The notes under the pieces: model-generated
The model's input: the letters and a program-made list of their open reading frames with translations, nothing else
Told to the model about the DNA's origin: nothing
Database searches by the model: none
Virus record (IMG/VR): IMGVR_UViG_3300042691_033239
Location: 5,650 to 69,649 of that record
Source of the DNA: a virus
DNA: 64,000 bases
Direction: 5' to 3' (one strand)
Program-made: the position numbers and the translations under genes
Shown: positions 49,862-60,192 of the stretch, piece by piece
Numbering within the stretch: the stretch's first letter is position 1
Layout of the letters: the number at the start of each line of letters is the position of its first letter

Positions 49862-51019
49862 TTATAGATTAATGAATGGTATCTGGCTTTGGCCGTCATT
49901 CATTTGAATAACTTTGCCAACTTTTACATTTACCTGTGTATTTGACTTTATAAAATTTGGCATAAAAAATGATTTTGTCTTTTCTATATTATTAATAAAT
50001 GGCGTTCTATTTTGAATTTCATGATTTCCGCCAATACCAAAACCAATATTAGACTTACGAATACTTCTCCTAGAAGATAGTATCGTTGCATAATCTACCC
50101 CAATTCTCTTAAAATTAAAAGGATTAATAAAGTATGTCACATAAAGCATAGGATTTATAGGATTTTCAGTAAATGAAAATATTGCATTGTCTAATCCATT
50201 TGCATTATTATTCATAGCGCCAATGATAATGCCATCTTTCATGTTTCTCTGTAAAACAACATTCCTCTTCAATGTTATCTTAGGAGAAGACTCATTAGAG
50301 TTTATATTAATCAAAGGATTGTTTACCGCAATAATAGGAACATCAGAGTAAGGGGCCGAATTTCTTTTGACTTGCTGATTATACTCTACGATTCTTAACA
50401 ATCCTTTCTGCTGATTCTGAACAACCGGCATTGGATATGATAAAATATTTTCATAATAATTTTTAATTAAAGAAAGATTTGATGGTGTAGATCCAAAAAA
50501 TGAATTTTGAAGTAGAACTTGATTATCTTCCTGCTGAATTGTGTTTGAATTATAAACCAATGAATTTCTTGTATCTATCAATGATTCCACAAGACTCATT
50601 GCAAAGGCATTCTTCGCAAAGAAATTTTGAAAATTGAAGAACTGAGGGTCTTGTGAGAATTGACCTTCTGTCTGAAGGAATGTTCTATCAAATCTACGTT
50701 TAAATTTAATGTATGCAGAGCGTATTAGCTCTATCTTGTCATCTTCCTGATTATTTAGGACAGCACCATTCATAATAAACGGATCAGATACATCATATCC
50801 TAAAGATGATATATTTATCATCGTTGGAATATCAGAGACAATCTCTATAGAGAATTTCTTTGTCCCCGCCGATGGCTGTTCTATTGATTCATAGCCCTGA
50901 TCCCCCGGTATTAAATAATACAATTGAGCGATGGATTGAAAGCGATTATCACTTACAATCACATTTGCTCTCTGTGATGCTGAGTCGGTTATTATCGGTG
51001 TTCTAACTAAATTTCCCAT
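49862..51019 (-). CDS. hypothetical protein, probably virion structural
   Basis: 385-aa N/Q-rich ORF in the tail/baseplate block. Confidence 0.65.
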   Translation of the reverse strand: MGNLVRTPIITDSASQRANVIVSDNRFQSIAQLYYLIPGDQGYESIEQPSAGTKKFSIEIVSDIPTMINISSLGYDVSDPFIMNGAVLNNQEDDKIELIRSAYIKFKRRFDRTFLQTEGQFSQDPQFFNFQNFFAKNAFAMSLVESLIDTRNSLVYNSNTIQQEDNQVLLQNSFFGSTPSNLSLIKNYYENILSYPMPVVQNQQKGLLRIVEYNQQVKRNSAPYSDVPIIAVNNPLININSNESSPKITLKRNVVLQRNMKDGIIIGAMNNNANGLDNAIFSFTENPINPMLYVTYFINPFNFKRIGVDYATILSSRRSIRKSNIGFGIGGNHEIQNRTPFINNIEKTKSFFMPNFIKSNTQVNVKVGKVIQMNDGQSQIPFINL

Positions 51020-51082
51020 ATACTATTATTTAGTACACGAGAATGATTTTTATGTCTAGGGATTAGTTATTGACCAGAATCT

Positions 51083-51514
51083 TCACTGATCAATCTGATC
51101 ACATGAAAAAATTTCATAAAAAGATCTATCATCATTACGTACAACTGAACATCCGTATAAATGACAAGTTCCATTGCCATCATCAATACATTTATTTCCA
51201 TCACAGTCAAAATTTTCCACAGGAATCAAAATTTCCGGCTCATAGCATCCTGCAATAAATTCCTCCAGGGCAGTTTTTCCCTCGCCAATGTCTTCTTCAA
51301 TGTCTTCGACTTCTGGTTCTTCTTCAATGTCTTCTTCAATGTCTTCGACTTCTGGTTCTTCCGGCAAATCAACTTCACCAGAAGATTCACAAACGTCAGA
51401 AGCAGATCCATCACAGCCACTTCCGTCAGTATCAATAATTTCATCCCAATCCGATCCCGTACAAGCCGAAATCACAGCTACCGAAAAAATCATTGCAAAG
51501 ATTCGAGTGTTCAT
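51083..51514 (-). CDS. acidic Cys-rich lipoprotein (moron-like)
   Basis: ATG at 51514 with AGGAG SD; signal peptide MNTRIFAMIFSVAVISA-C with lipobox; several more Cys residues; own promoter. Confidence 0.7.
   Translation of the reverse strand: MNTRIFAMIFSVAVISACTGSDWDEIIDTDGSGCDGSASDVCESSGEVDLPEEPEVEDIEEDIEEEPEVEDIEEDIGEGKTALEEFIAGCYEPEILIPVENFDCDGNKCIDDGNGTCHLYGCSVVRNDDRSFYEIFSCDQIDQ
51287..51361. repeat. 39-bp tandem duplication (EEPEVEDIEEDI)
   Basis: aatgtcttcttcaatgtcttcgacttctggttcttc occurs at 51287 and 51326. Confidence 0.9.
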
Positions 51515-51559
51515 GGTGTCTCCTGTGAAAAGAAGCGAACCGCCTTGGTTCACATGGTC

Positions 51560-51589
51560 ATTATGCAACACAACGCCAGGCTATGTCAA
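51560..51589 (-). promoter_or_regulatory. sigma70-type promoter
   Basis: Minus strand TTGACA (51589-51584), 18 bp spacer, CATAAT (51565-51560). Confidence 0.7.
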
Positions 51590-51624
51590 GTGATTTGTGC
51601 GACCCCGCAAGAATCGTCGGTCGA

Positions 51625-52605
51625 TTAGGTGCCGTCCTCGAAGACCAACGTGAAGATCCTTAGAAACATCGTCGAAGTTATATTTTCTCTATCTTGCATT
51701 CTTACAGGAACTATCTTTCCCACAAAAAACAAATTAGCATCATATTGAATAACGGTCAAGGGCATTGCGGTTTCAATAACGTATGTGTCTTCCCCAACAA
51801 TAAAATTAAACCTTCTTCTTTCTATAGGAATCCATCTTGATTTAAATAAAGCCCCATTTTCATAATCTTCGGATGTCTCAACTTGAACTTCAAAATTTTC
51901 ATTATTATTTGAAACCAATCTATTTCTAATTGATCTTGGTGTAATTACATTTGTCTCAAATTCACTGATATCTGAATTTCTCATACTAACCAATGCATTC
52001 TGATCGTTTCTTACAATGGGATCCATCTTAAGGCCATTTATATATTGAGAAAATTCCTGCTGAGCAAGAATATCTGGCTTTTGTATTTCTTGAAAATCTT
52101 TGATGACAGAGTTATTACCAAATCCATTAAATGTGTATTTTACTTCAGATTGGTTTCCGTTAAGAACAATGTCTCCCTGCTTCAATGTGACTAGCTCTTG
52201 TCGCTTCCATTGTGAGGATTCGTCATTGTACGTCCCTGTCACCACGCTTCGCACAAGATCAACCAAACCCACACGAACATTGTCATAATCTGTTAGTACG
52301 GACCACTTTTCTTCATTGGAAAAGTCCGATATTATTTGTTCATTTATAGAAATTACTCTTACCCAAAATTTCTTCTGTGATGAGTAGCCATTTTGAGCAG
52401 AAACATTTAATGGAACATCGAACATAGATGTCAAAGAAACTTTATTAGATTGATCCGCTGCCATACCAAATCCAGTCTCTTGTATGTTTATGTCTGTATT
52501 TGATGCAACCTTGAAATATGTCGGATCGCCGCCATTCAATACAAAGTATTTTCCTTTATTTGATATAATTGAATCTACTATTCTTGATTTATTATCTAAT
52601 ATCAT
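51625..52605 (-). CDS. probable baseplate protein, distant paralog of 43154..43882
   Basis: N-terminus ILDNKSRIVDSIISNKGK resembles ILSRNPLDSLVMDVILTDLGR. Confidence 0.6.
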   Translation of the reverse strand: MILDNKSRIVDSIISNKGKYFVLNGGDPTYFKVASNTDINIQETGFGMAADQSNKVSLTSMFDVPLNVSAQNGYSSQKKFWVRVISINEQIISDFSNEEKWSVLTDYDNVRVGLVDLVRSVVTGTYNDESSQWKRQELVTLKQGDIVLNGNQSEVKYTFNGFGNNSVIKDFQEIQKPDILAQQEFSQYINGLKMDPIVRNDQNALVSMRNSDISEFETNVITPRSIRNRLVSNNNENFEVQVETSEDYENGALFKSRWIPIERRRFNFIVGEDTYVIETAMPLTVIQYDANLFFVGKIVPVRMQDRENITSTMFLRIFTLVFEDGT

Positions 52606-52620
52606 TTATTTAATATTCTC

Positions 52621-55600
52621 TTATGATCTTGATATTCTTGCCGTTACATTAGGATTGAATTGATTTTGTGATGGTGCGGTTGTGATAATAGGATCCTGTC
52701 CATAAGTAGCCATACCAGCCAAATTTATTACATTCATTCCATGCCCCATTTGTATTATTGATCTATTTACTCTGGCCCCGATATTTGCACCAAAATCACC
52801 AAACGCTACAATAGGAATATCACCATCACAAAGAACTTCATTAAATGAATTTATTGTATGAAATCCTAGCATAGATCTTAGTGTATGGAATTTATATGAG
52901 CCAGCCTCTCCGGATCTATAAAATTGTAAAAATGACAAGCCATATTCACCAGAGCCAATCGCGTTTGTAAGTCTCAGTATTTGCCTCTTATCAGGAAGAT
53001 GTTCAAAGAAATCAGCAGGCAAACCATTGATATAATTAGGCCCACCAACGCCTTCAAAGAATTTAGAATGAAACATGCCAACGGAGCCTATTCTGGCAAA
53101 GCAAGGATATTCCCCTCTTGGAATCAATGGGGCGGATAATATTTCTGTGTTTTCATTTCCATAAAGAATGTATCTATCAGCGGTAACGCCATCCGTAGAT
53201 TTTGGTATAATGAAGTCTCTAGGTATCTGAGTGTTAGGTCTAAATGATACACCTATATCAAGAATATTTTCAAATTGACCCCAATAAATATTATTATCTA
53301 CATATATATCAATTCTTATTGTTTTGAAGTTCTGTTGATATTCGCCATTAGCACCAATTTCACCTGGGTTTCCTTCAATATTCATATTTCTCATAGGGGA
53401 TGTTCTTGGATAAAGAATACCATTGTCGCATGAACTTCCATAAACAGCATTCAATCCAACATCTAATGGAGAAATTGAAAAGTCATCCACAGGGCGAACT
53501 TGTATCGTAACATTAGCTGACAAGCCCTCAACATCATCATAATAAGACAAATCATCATTAATACTTGAGCTTATCACACCCTGCACAGATAACAAAGAAT
53601 CACTTCTGGTGATAGTTGGATTAGATGTGAACAGGGCATTATTTATTTCACTTGCCGGTATATTCCAATAAAAATTAGATTGCAAACCATTTTCCTGCGT
53701 TGGATTAAACGCATTTATCGTTGCACCTCCAGTCTTTGCCATCTCAGGTATTTTCATATCCTGAATATTCAATATAAATGTATATGTACCTGCCGGCAAA
53801 ACAACCATTGGGGATTCACCTTCCGTTGTTGCGGAAGGATATCTATAGTTCACCCCATATTGAGCACTATTTGTCGGTTCCTCGGAATAATAAAAATCAC
53901 CCCATTTAGAAACCTCTATACCAAAAGACATCTTTCTCGTGATCTGCCTCACATTTGAATCTAGCACAGTAGCGGTTCCGAAAAATAAGTCACTTGGTCC
54001 AATAGAGTAATTTATATTTTTAGAGTGAAAGCCCTGTATTTGCCCAGGGCGAGTCTCAAATTTAAATGAACCTTGATAATCATCCATATTTTCACCATCA
54101 AGAAGATCGCCAGGAAGTAAATCAAATCCAGTATTATTTCTAAAATTTTTGTATGCTTCAAAATTATTTAATTCAGGCGATGATAAGCCAGACAATAAAT
54201 CCGCACTTAGAGTAGAGACTTTAATAGGTACATTTAAAACTCGATTTTGTTCTACGTTATTGTTATATCTAAAGTAATTAACTGAAAATCCTGTTCTTGA
54301 AGAAATGGATCCCGCATTATTTGATGTTCTTGCGCCATCTGATTGAACTTGTGGGTAAGATACACCAACATCTGATAATGTATAACAAGCCGGTGCGTGT
54401 CTTGCTGCATTATTATTCGTAAACCCAATTTTTTCTGTTCTAAATGGAACTGGCTGAATTGGCTCTTGAATTACATTCAGCAACGTAGATGGATCCTGAG
54501 ATAATCCGCCCGATTGAACCTTGACAGGCAAGAAATCTCTATACTGAATTTCAATAATTGAACTTGGTTGCGTTTCAACAAACATATAGTTAAACATTAT
54601 TTCTTTTGGTTGACCAAAGTAAAAAATTCCATTAAAATTATCATTAATCATAGAATTTTTTGGATGAAATAAATTATTTGTTTTTGTGCCGGTATCTAGG
54701 TTGTAATTTATTACACCATTATCATAATCTATTTTGTATAAAGAATTTGATGTATCATAGAATACAGTTGTTAATGGAAGATAAGAAAAATTAACTGGAG
54801 TTGTGCAGTTACCATCATTTAAATTAAAATTAAAAACATTTGATTGATACAAAATTTGCTCATTTGCAATCGAAACCTCTATACCAAATCCACCTTGAAA
54901 TTCTGCATTTGGCTGATTATTTCTAAGCATTCCTAGAGGACTTTTAAGATCCGCCAAAATTGTTCTGAATGCAATCCCGATATTATCCTGATTTACATAC
55001 ATCAATCCTTTTGGTGCAAAATCCTGATATTGTACTAATGAATTTTCAGCAAGCTCAAACAAAGATAATATTGCTTTGTCAATTACATTTGACCTTGTTT
55101 CATTGTATGCATATTGGTGAGCAAATTCATCATCGGTTGGTAAATTCTCTGGAATATCTATAATAACATCGCCACCTAGAAGTATGGACGTGATATTTCC
55201 ATTTTCATCATATTCAGGTAATTCATTTATTGGAACGCCAGTTATTCTTGCTCTACCAAATATATCTGTCTTTGATGTAAATTTGGCTTCGCTTAGCTGC
55301 TTGACAGGAACAACATTATCCTCGGCGTACCCAAGATCAATCAAATTTACTGTCTGGTTGGCATTAATTACCCTAACGTTCTCATTATAGACAAGCCCTT
55401 GTCTTAGGAATGGCAAGTTTTTTCTTCTAAAATCAAGCCTACGTGAATTTGCATAATTATATACAGAATTTACAAGATTTCCGTCAGATATCCTTGGGCG
55501 ACCAAACATTGGATTATAAATTTGAACATTTATATTTGCGACATTATCTTGTTCTACAACAGAAATAATATCTCTTGATATTGGGTATCCAAATGCCGAT

Positions 55601-58182
55601 ACATCACCGCCTTCTGATTGTAAAAAACCCGGATCCAATGTGGGCGAATCATATGTGCCATTTCTTATTGTGGAGATAGGATCTCGATACATTGAATGAG
55701 ATAAATGACCATTTTTATTAAAATATTTATACTTAAATGTCATTTCTTGCAAATGATGAAATATTACATTTGTAGGAAACCCAATGATTTCTTTTATCTG
55801 TAATCTTACATACTGGACCTGTGGTCTGAAATTAGGCAAAGATGTATATACTGTGGTAAAGCCATCTCTATCAACTAATGATATTGCACTTAATCTAGGA
55901 TCACTTAGATCAAAGTAATATGTCGATGCAATTTGTGACTGTGTTAGCCCCAAATCTCTTGAAAGAGAAATAGGGCCGGCCGTTGTTCCTATCACAATAT
56001 CATAAATTGCATTACTTGCCTCTATGACTTTATATTTGTCTGTGATTGGCGCTAGCGTTGTTTGCTCCACCTCATCACAGAAATAAAATCGAATAGGATC
56101 TCCAATAAATATATTGTCTGGTCTTGCCGGCAAAGATTCACTAAATCTATTAAATAAATTTGAAGATATAGAAAATTCAACATATGTAGGCAGAACTGCC
56201 CTTTCAATAACACCAAATGAAGCCTCATTTTCAGGCTTCATGGCAATATACTCACCTGGGCCAAATAATTTTCTTGAGACTGTGTTTGAAGAAAATCTTA
56301 ATTTATTAATTGTTTTTTGTACGTTAGCGCCGCCAGTTGCCGTAAGCGATGTGGTTTTTGCTCTCGTATTATATCCAATCATATCATAGGAACCCTGCTC
56401 TCCTATGTTTATCATTCTTAGATAATCGGCATAATCCTGTTCTGTATATGTCGAATAATCATAGGTAGTTGAGTCATTCATATTCAGAGGAAACTCTGAT
56501 GATCTACCGATTCTATCGGTAAATACAAAAGCACTACTAGGATCATCAAATTGGGAAACGCGAACTAAACCATCATCAATATCAAATGATAAGTATCTAG
56601 GATCAATATAATCACTAAAATCAGTTAGTGCGAGATTTTCTGGTCTAGGCTGCGAATTTTCCGCATATTGTGGCCCAAAATTTACTCTTCTCAACGCTGC
56701 AAAATTAAATTTAGTTGCATCCAAGTATCCCTGCGATATTAGATAACGCACATAAGAATATTCATCATTCCAAGGAAGCGTTTCATAAACAAAAGCACCA
56801 GAACTTACTTCAGATTGCACTTCATCGAAAATATCATCATCTATTCTTAGTTTTAGTTTATCAACAAATGATTCTGGCTCTGCCTCAAAATCACTTACAG
56901 TAAATGGGTAACTTACCGCCTCTTTGTTGTAGGTTGCGCGCATAACAACCGATCTGTAATCTTGAACTCGATTAGGATCATTTGTTCTTTCACCTTTTTC
57001 ATTAGGCAATGTTCTGTCTAAGATAGGAATATCAATTTGTATATCTTTTTCTGTAGTCCCATCAGGAAGAACCGTAACGGTATAGGTTTCTAATTGACCA
57101 AGTTGATTTTCACTTGAATCTAATATCGGAATTGCCCCAATTGTATCTTTACTATAAGAAGATTTATTGCTGTTAAATCCAAATCCAAATGGAATATTAT
57201 TTTTTCCATATTTAAATTTCTGATCATTAGATGGCAATATACTTGAATCGACTATTCTTCTTAGTCTTGAGCTAACCCAATATTGTCCGTGAAATCCTCT
57301 TAAGTCCGCATCGGAAGTTGCAGGTAATACTTCACCATTTCTTATTCTGGGCGAATAAGATGTCTGTAATACACCAAATTTACCTGGGTATTGAAGTATA
57401 TCCGCTTCGTCATTTTCATCTATGACATACACTTCTGTCTTAGGCAATAATCCTAATGCCGATAATCCCTTCGCAAATGCTGCTGTATTCGTTTCATTTG
57501 AGGCTTGGCCCCTTGTGTCGGCTAACATCGAGCGATACAAATGACCACCATCAGGATAAGCCAAACCATCACTTGGATAAGAGAAAGAAGATGTTAATGT
57601 GAATGTTGCTATAATTTCAGATAAAACTTCAAGATCTGTTGCTGCGCTTACAGAGATAGATATAGAGCTATCAGTATCAAGATACTCCTTGTTTGTTCCG
57701 GCCACGGTAACAATAAATTCCGGGTCGATCATAAAAACATTTCCGGCGTCCGTTCCACCTGAAGGAATTGAACCTATGACCGTATTGTTACCAAGATAAT
57801 ATAGAGGATCCCCAAAAACGTCTATAGATAATCTTGAATCCATAGAATCGCTAGAACCCGCAATTGTTTCAAGATATTCACCAATTGGCCCTAGTCTTAC
57901 ACATTCAACTTGAGGATTCCCACCAAAAACTGTGTAAAATGTAGAAATAGCATTCGTGGCCACTGGCCCTAAATAATGACCAGCGCGATTATATTCCTTG
58001 TCGCCAAATGTAGCATTATAATTTGTGTCTACATATCTTCTTTGAAATGCCGTGGATTGATTGATTGAGTCTGTGCTTGCGCCAGTTCCATTTAGTGTGA
58101 TAGTCAAATCATGGTCTATGGAGCGAGTAACATGCATTACCAATCCAGTGTCACTTACTCTTGTGTATTTTTTAGCGCCCAT
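52621..58182 (-). CDS. very large virion structural protein (1853 aa)
   Basis: Uninterrupted ORF with beta-rich composition, in the structural block. No catalytic motif recognised. Confidence 0.7.
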   Translation of the reverse strand: MGAKKYTRVSDTGLVMHVTRSIDHDLTITLNGTGASTDSINQSTAFQRRYVDTNYNATFGDKEYNRAGHYLGPVATNAISTFYTVFGGNPQVECVRLGPIGEYLETIAGSSDSMDSRLSIDVFGDPLYYLGNNTVIGSIPSGGTDAGNVFMIDPEFIVTVAGTNKEYLDTDSSISISVSAATDLEVLSEIIATFTLTSSFSYPSDGLAYPDGGHLYRSMLADTRGQASNETNTAAFAKGLSALGLLPKTEVYVIDENDEADILQYPGKFGVLQTSYSPRIRNGEVLPATSDADLRGFHGQYWVSSRLRRIVDSSILPSNDQKFKYGKNNIPFGFGFNSNKSSYSKDTIGAIPILDSSENQLGQLETYTVTVLPDGTTEKDIQIDIPILDRTLPNEKGERTNDPNRVQDYRSVVMRATYNKEAVSYPFTVSDFEAEPESFVDKLKLRIDDDIFDEVQSEVSSGAFVYETLPWNDEYSYVRYLISQGYLDATKFNFAALRRVNFGPQYAENSQPRPENLALTDFSDYIDPRYLSFDIDDGLVRVSQFDDPSSAFVFTDRIGRSSEFPLNMNDSTTYDYSTYTEQDYADYLRMINIGEQGSYDMIGYNTRAKTTSLTATGGANVQKTINKLRFSSNTVSRKLFGPGEYIAMKPENEASFGVIERAVLPTYVEFSISSNLFNRFSESLPARPDNIFIGDPIRFYFCDEVEQTTLAPITDKYKVIEASNAIYDIVIGTTAGPISLSRDLGLTQSQIASTYYFDLSDPRLSAISLVDRDGFTTVYTSLPNFRPQVQYVRLQIKEIIGFPTNVIFHHLQEMTFKYKYFNKNGHLSHSMYRDPISTIRNGTYDSPTLDPGFLQSEGGDVSAFGYPISRDIISVVEQDNVANINVQIYNPMFGRPRISDGNLVNSVYNYANSRRLDFRRKNLPFLRQGLVYNENVRVINANQTVNLIDLGYAEDNVVPVKQLSEAKFTSKTDIFGRARITGVPINELPEYDENGNITSILLGGDVIIDIPENLPTDDEFAHQYAYNETRSNVIDKAILSLFELAENSLVQYQDFAPKGLMYVNQDNIGIAFRTILADLKSPLGMLRNNQPNAEFQGGFGIEVSIANEQILYQSNVFNFNLNDGNCTTPVNFSYLPLTTVFYDTSNSLYKIDYDNGVINYNLDTGTKTNNLFHPKNSMINDNFNGIFYFGQPKEIMFNYMFVETQPSSIIEIQYRDFLPVKVQSGGLSQDPSTLLNVIQEPIQPVPFRTEKIGFTNNNAARHAPACYTLSDVGVSYPQVQSDGARTSNNAGSISSRTGFSVNYFRYNNNVEQNRVLNVPIKVSTLSADLLSGLSSPELNNFEAYKNFRNNTGFDLLPGDLLDGENMDDYQGSFKFETRPGQIQGFHSKNINYSIGPSDLFFGTATVLDSNVRQITRKMSFGIEVSKWGDFYYSEEPTNSAQYGVNYRYPSATTEGESPMVVLPAGTYTFILNIQDMKIPEMAKTGGATINAFNPTQENGLQSNFYWNIPASEINNALFTSNPTITRSDSLLSVQGVISSSINDDLSYYDDVEGLSANVTIQVRPVDDFSISPLDVGLNAVYGSSCDNGILYPRTSPMRNMNIEGNPGEIGANGEYQQNFKTIRIDIYVDNNIYWGQFENILDIGVSFRPNTQIPRDFIIPKSTDGVTADRYILYGNENTEILSAPLIPRGEYPCFARIGSVGMFHSKFFEGVGGPNYINGLPADFFEHLPDKRQILRLTNAIGSGEYGLSFLQFYRSGEAGSYKFHTLRSMLGFHTINSFNEVLCDGDIPIVAFGDFGANIGARVNRSIIQMGHGMNVINLAGMATYGQDPIITTAPSQNQFNPNVTARISRS

Positions 58183-58185
58183 TTT

Positions 58186-60174
58186 TTATCCTACATCAAA
58201 TCCAGAATCAGGATCATTTCTACCTACATGGTCCATATGAAGTGGCTTAGGTATTTCTCGTGTATTTAAGAATTGAAATGGATAGACAGAGCCTTCCATT
58301 CCCATCGTAATATTAAATATTCCAGATGTTCTAAAATTATAAGTTGTTTCAGATGCTAATTCAACTTCTATATTTGCCTTACCACTATCCACAAATGTAT
58401 AAGATAAGCCAAAAAATGCATCAGGCCCTAAATCTGGTCTTACTTTGGATACTGTATCATTAGATACTAAAACATTATATCTATCATCAAAATATCTATT
58501 TGTTGAAATATCATTTTCATTTCCGTAAGAAGATGATAAAGGCGTCTCAACCACACAAGTAAAAAACTCAGAACAATCCTGATCGAAAGTACCCATGTAT
58601 CTTTGATTTATCTCAGGTATCAGAGCGGAGTTATTATAAGGTAAACCAGTTGCAGAATCAAAAGAAGTGAATCCATCCCTTATATCACCTTCACTTAGCA
58701 ATCCCACCGCAAGATCATTATCTCGATTATCACTTGCGTCATAAGTATCATACTTATCCAATCCAGTATTAAAGGATATACCTAATAATGCGGATGGCAT
58801 ATAGGACATTGCATAAAATGGCATAACTAATTCTTGTGTATCATCAACATCAAGTCCAGTCGAGAAATTCCACTCTAAATAAGGAATAAACATAAACAAG
58901 CTTGACGTTACCATTGATTGATAATTTATATTTGAATTATATTCAGATCTTTTTTCTATAGATTTATTAAATTTTCTAAAATCATTTGTATATGATAAAT
59001 TTTTGTAATTACCATATTTAAATTCAGCATTTCTTCTGACCGGCCCCAAAAATCCATATCTATGCATATGGCGCATAGAAACTAAATTAATGCTAAGTTT
59101 ATTTAGTTGGTCATAAGAAACGCCCAGACCAACATGAGAGCGTTGATTTGTGTCAAGAATGGCTATTCTTGAGTCGGTATCTGGCGTAATTGCCAATTCA
59201 TTTCCGCCCATCTCATTATCGGTATCTAGCATTTGCTCTATATGAAAAAATGATGAATTTCCTTGAACTTCTCTTGCTTTATATGACAAATTAACATTTG
59301 TTACTTCCATTGTGTTTTGTAATGGCTGGCCAGATAATTCGTATCTTAAACTGTCAATATATAAATTTCCTAAATTTACTCTTCCATTTTTATTATAACA
59401 AATAATATCAATCATTGTTGATAATTTCTGATCCGCATAAGAAGGATAAACAAAATCGGGAGTACCATCACTATCCTTACCATCATTAGGTTGTCTTATT
59501 CTTAAATTAAAATATAGCAATGCATCTTCATCTGTATTACCATTTTGTCTAGTCAATATATCAAATATATTATTTGAATCTCCCAATCCACTTACCTGTG
59601 TCTGGGATAATACTGTTCTGCATATAGCAATAGGCCCTTGATTATCCCACGTAAAATCTGGGTCCTTAGGATAATAAGAAGATGAAACATGAATTAAACT
59701 TGGGCCTAAACTTGAACTAGGAAATGTAGTTTGCTTATTAACATTAAAATTTGCAAACAGAGTAACCGTAACAAATGGGGGATGTGGCCCTAATAAAACA
59801 TCACCTGCGTCCTCAGGTAAGTCGCGTGATTGGGCAATTGCCAAATCAATTAGATCAAAGTATCGATCTCCTGTTTGTGGAATTGCGGCAATATAATCAA
59901 ATACTGGTGAATCGGTTCCCAATTCCATTTGGCTTCCGGTACACCACATTGTTACTTGAAATGCTAATGAAGCACTAAGTTCCGGTGTTGGGGCTCCATA
60001 GTGATTAATCAATCCACCTATCATATCATTATATGAAGAATGAGTTTCTGGGCTAACATGAAAATCAAATAAATGGCGCGCTCGATGAGGAGCATATCTC
60101 ATAATATGATTTATTGCCGTTTTTTCTGTAAGAGGAAATGTTCCGTCTTGTGGAACAAAATATGGATATGACAT
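58186..60174 (-). CDS. probable virion structural protein
   Basis: 662-aa ORF tightly coupled in the structural block. Confidence 0.65.
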   Translation of the reverse strand: MSYPYFVPQDGTFPLTEKTAINHIMRYAPHRARHLFDFHVSPETHSSYNDMIGGLINHYGAPTPELSASLAFQVTMWCTGSQMELGTDSPVFDYIAAIPQTGDRYFDLIDLAIAQSRDLPEDAGDVLLGPHPPFVTVTLFANFNVNKQTTFPSSSLGPSLIHVSSSYYPKDPDFTWDNQGPIAICRTVLSQTQVSGLGDSNNIFDILTRQNGNTDEDALLYFNLRIRQPNDGKDSDGTPDFVYPSYADQKLSTMIDIICYNKNGRVNLGNLYIDSLRYELSGQPLQNTMEVTNVNLSYKAREVQGNSSFFHIEQMLDTDNEMGGNELAITPDTDSRIAILDTNQRSHVGLGVSYDQLNKLSINLVSMRHMHRYGFLGPVRRNAEFKYGNYKNLSYTNDFRKFNKSIEKRSEYNSNINYQSMVTSSLFMFIPYLEWNFSTGLDVDDTQELVMPFYAMSYMPSALLGISFNTGLDKYDTYDASDNRDNDLAVGLLSEGDIRDGFTSFDSATGLPYNNSALIPEINQRYMGTFDQDCSEFFTCVVETPLSSSYGNENDISTNRYFDDRYNVLVSNDTVSKVRPDLGPDAFFGLSYTFVDSGKANIEVELASETTYNFRTSGIFNITMGMEGSVYPFQFLNTREIPKPLHMDHVGRNDPDSGFDVG

Positions 60175-60192
60175 TATTTTTTATTCTCCTTT

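Noticed and set aside
51161-51628. Plus-strand ORFs and short repeats resembling a mini CRISPR array
   Set aside because: The repeat is an in-frame 39-bp coding duplication with no spacers, and the plus-strand ORFs are shadows of the lipoprotein gene.
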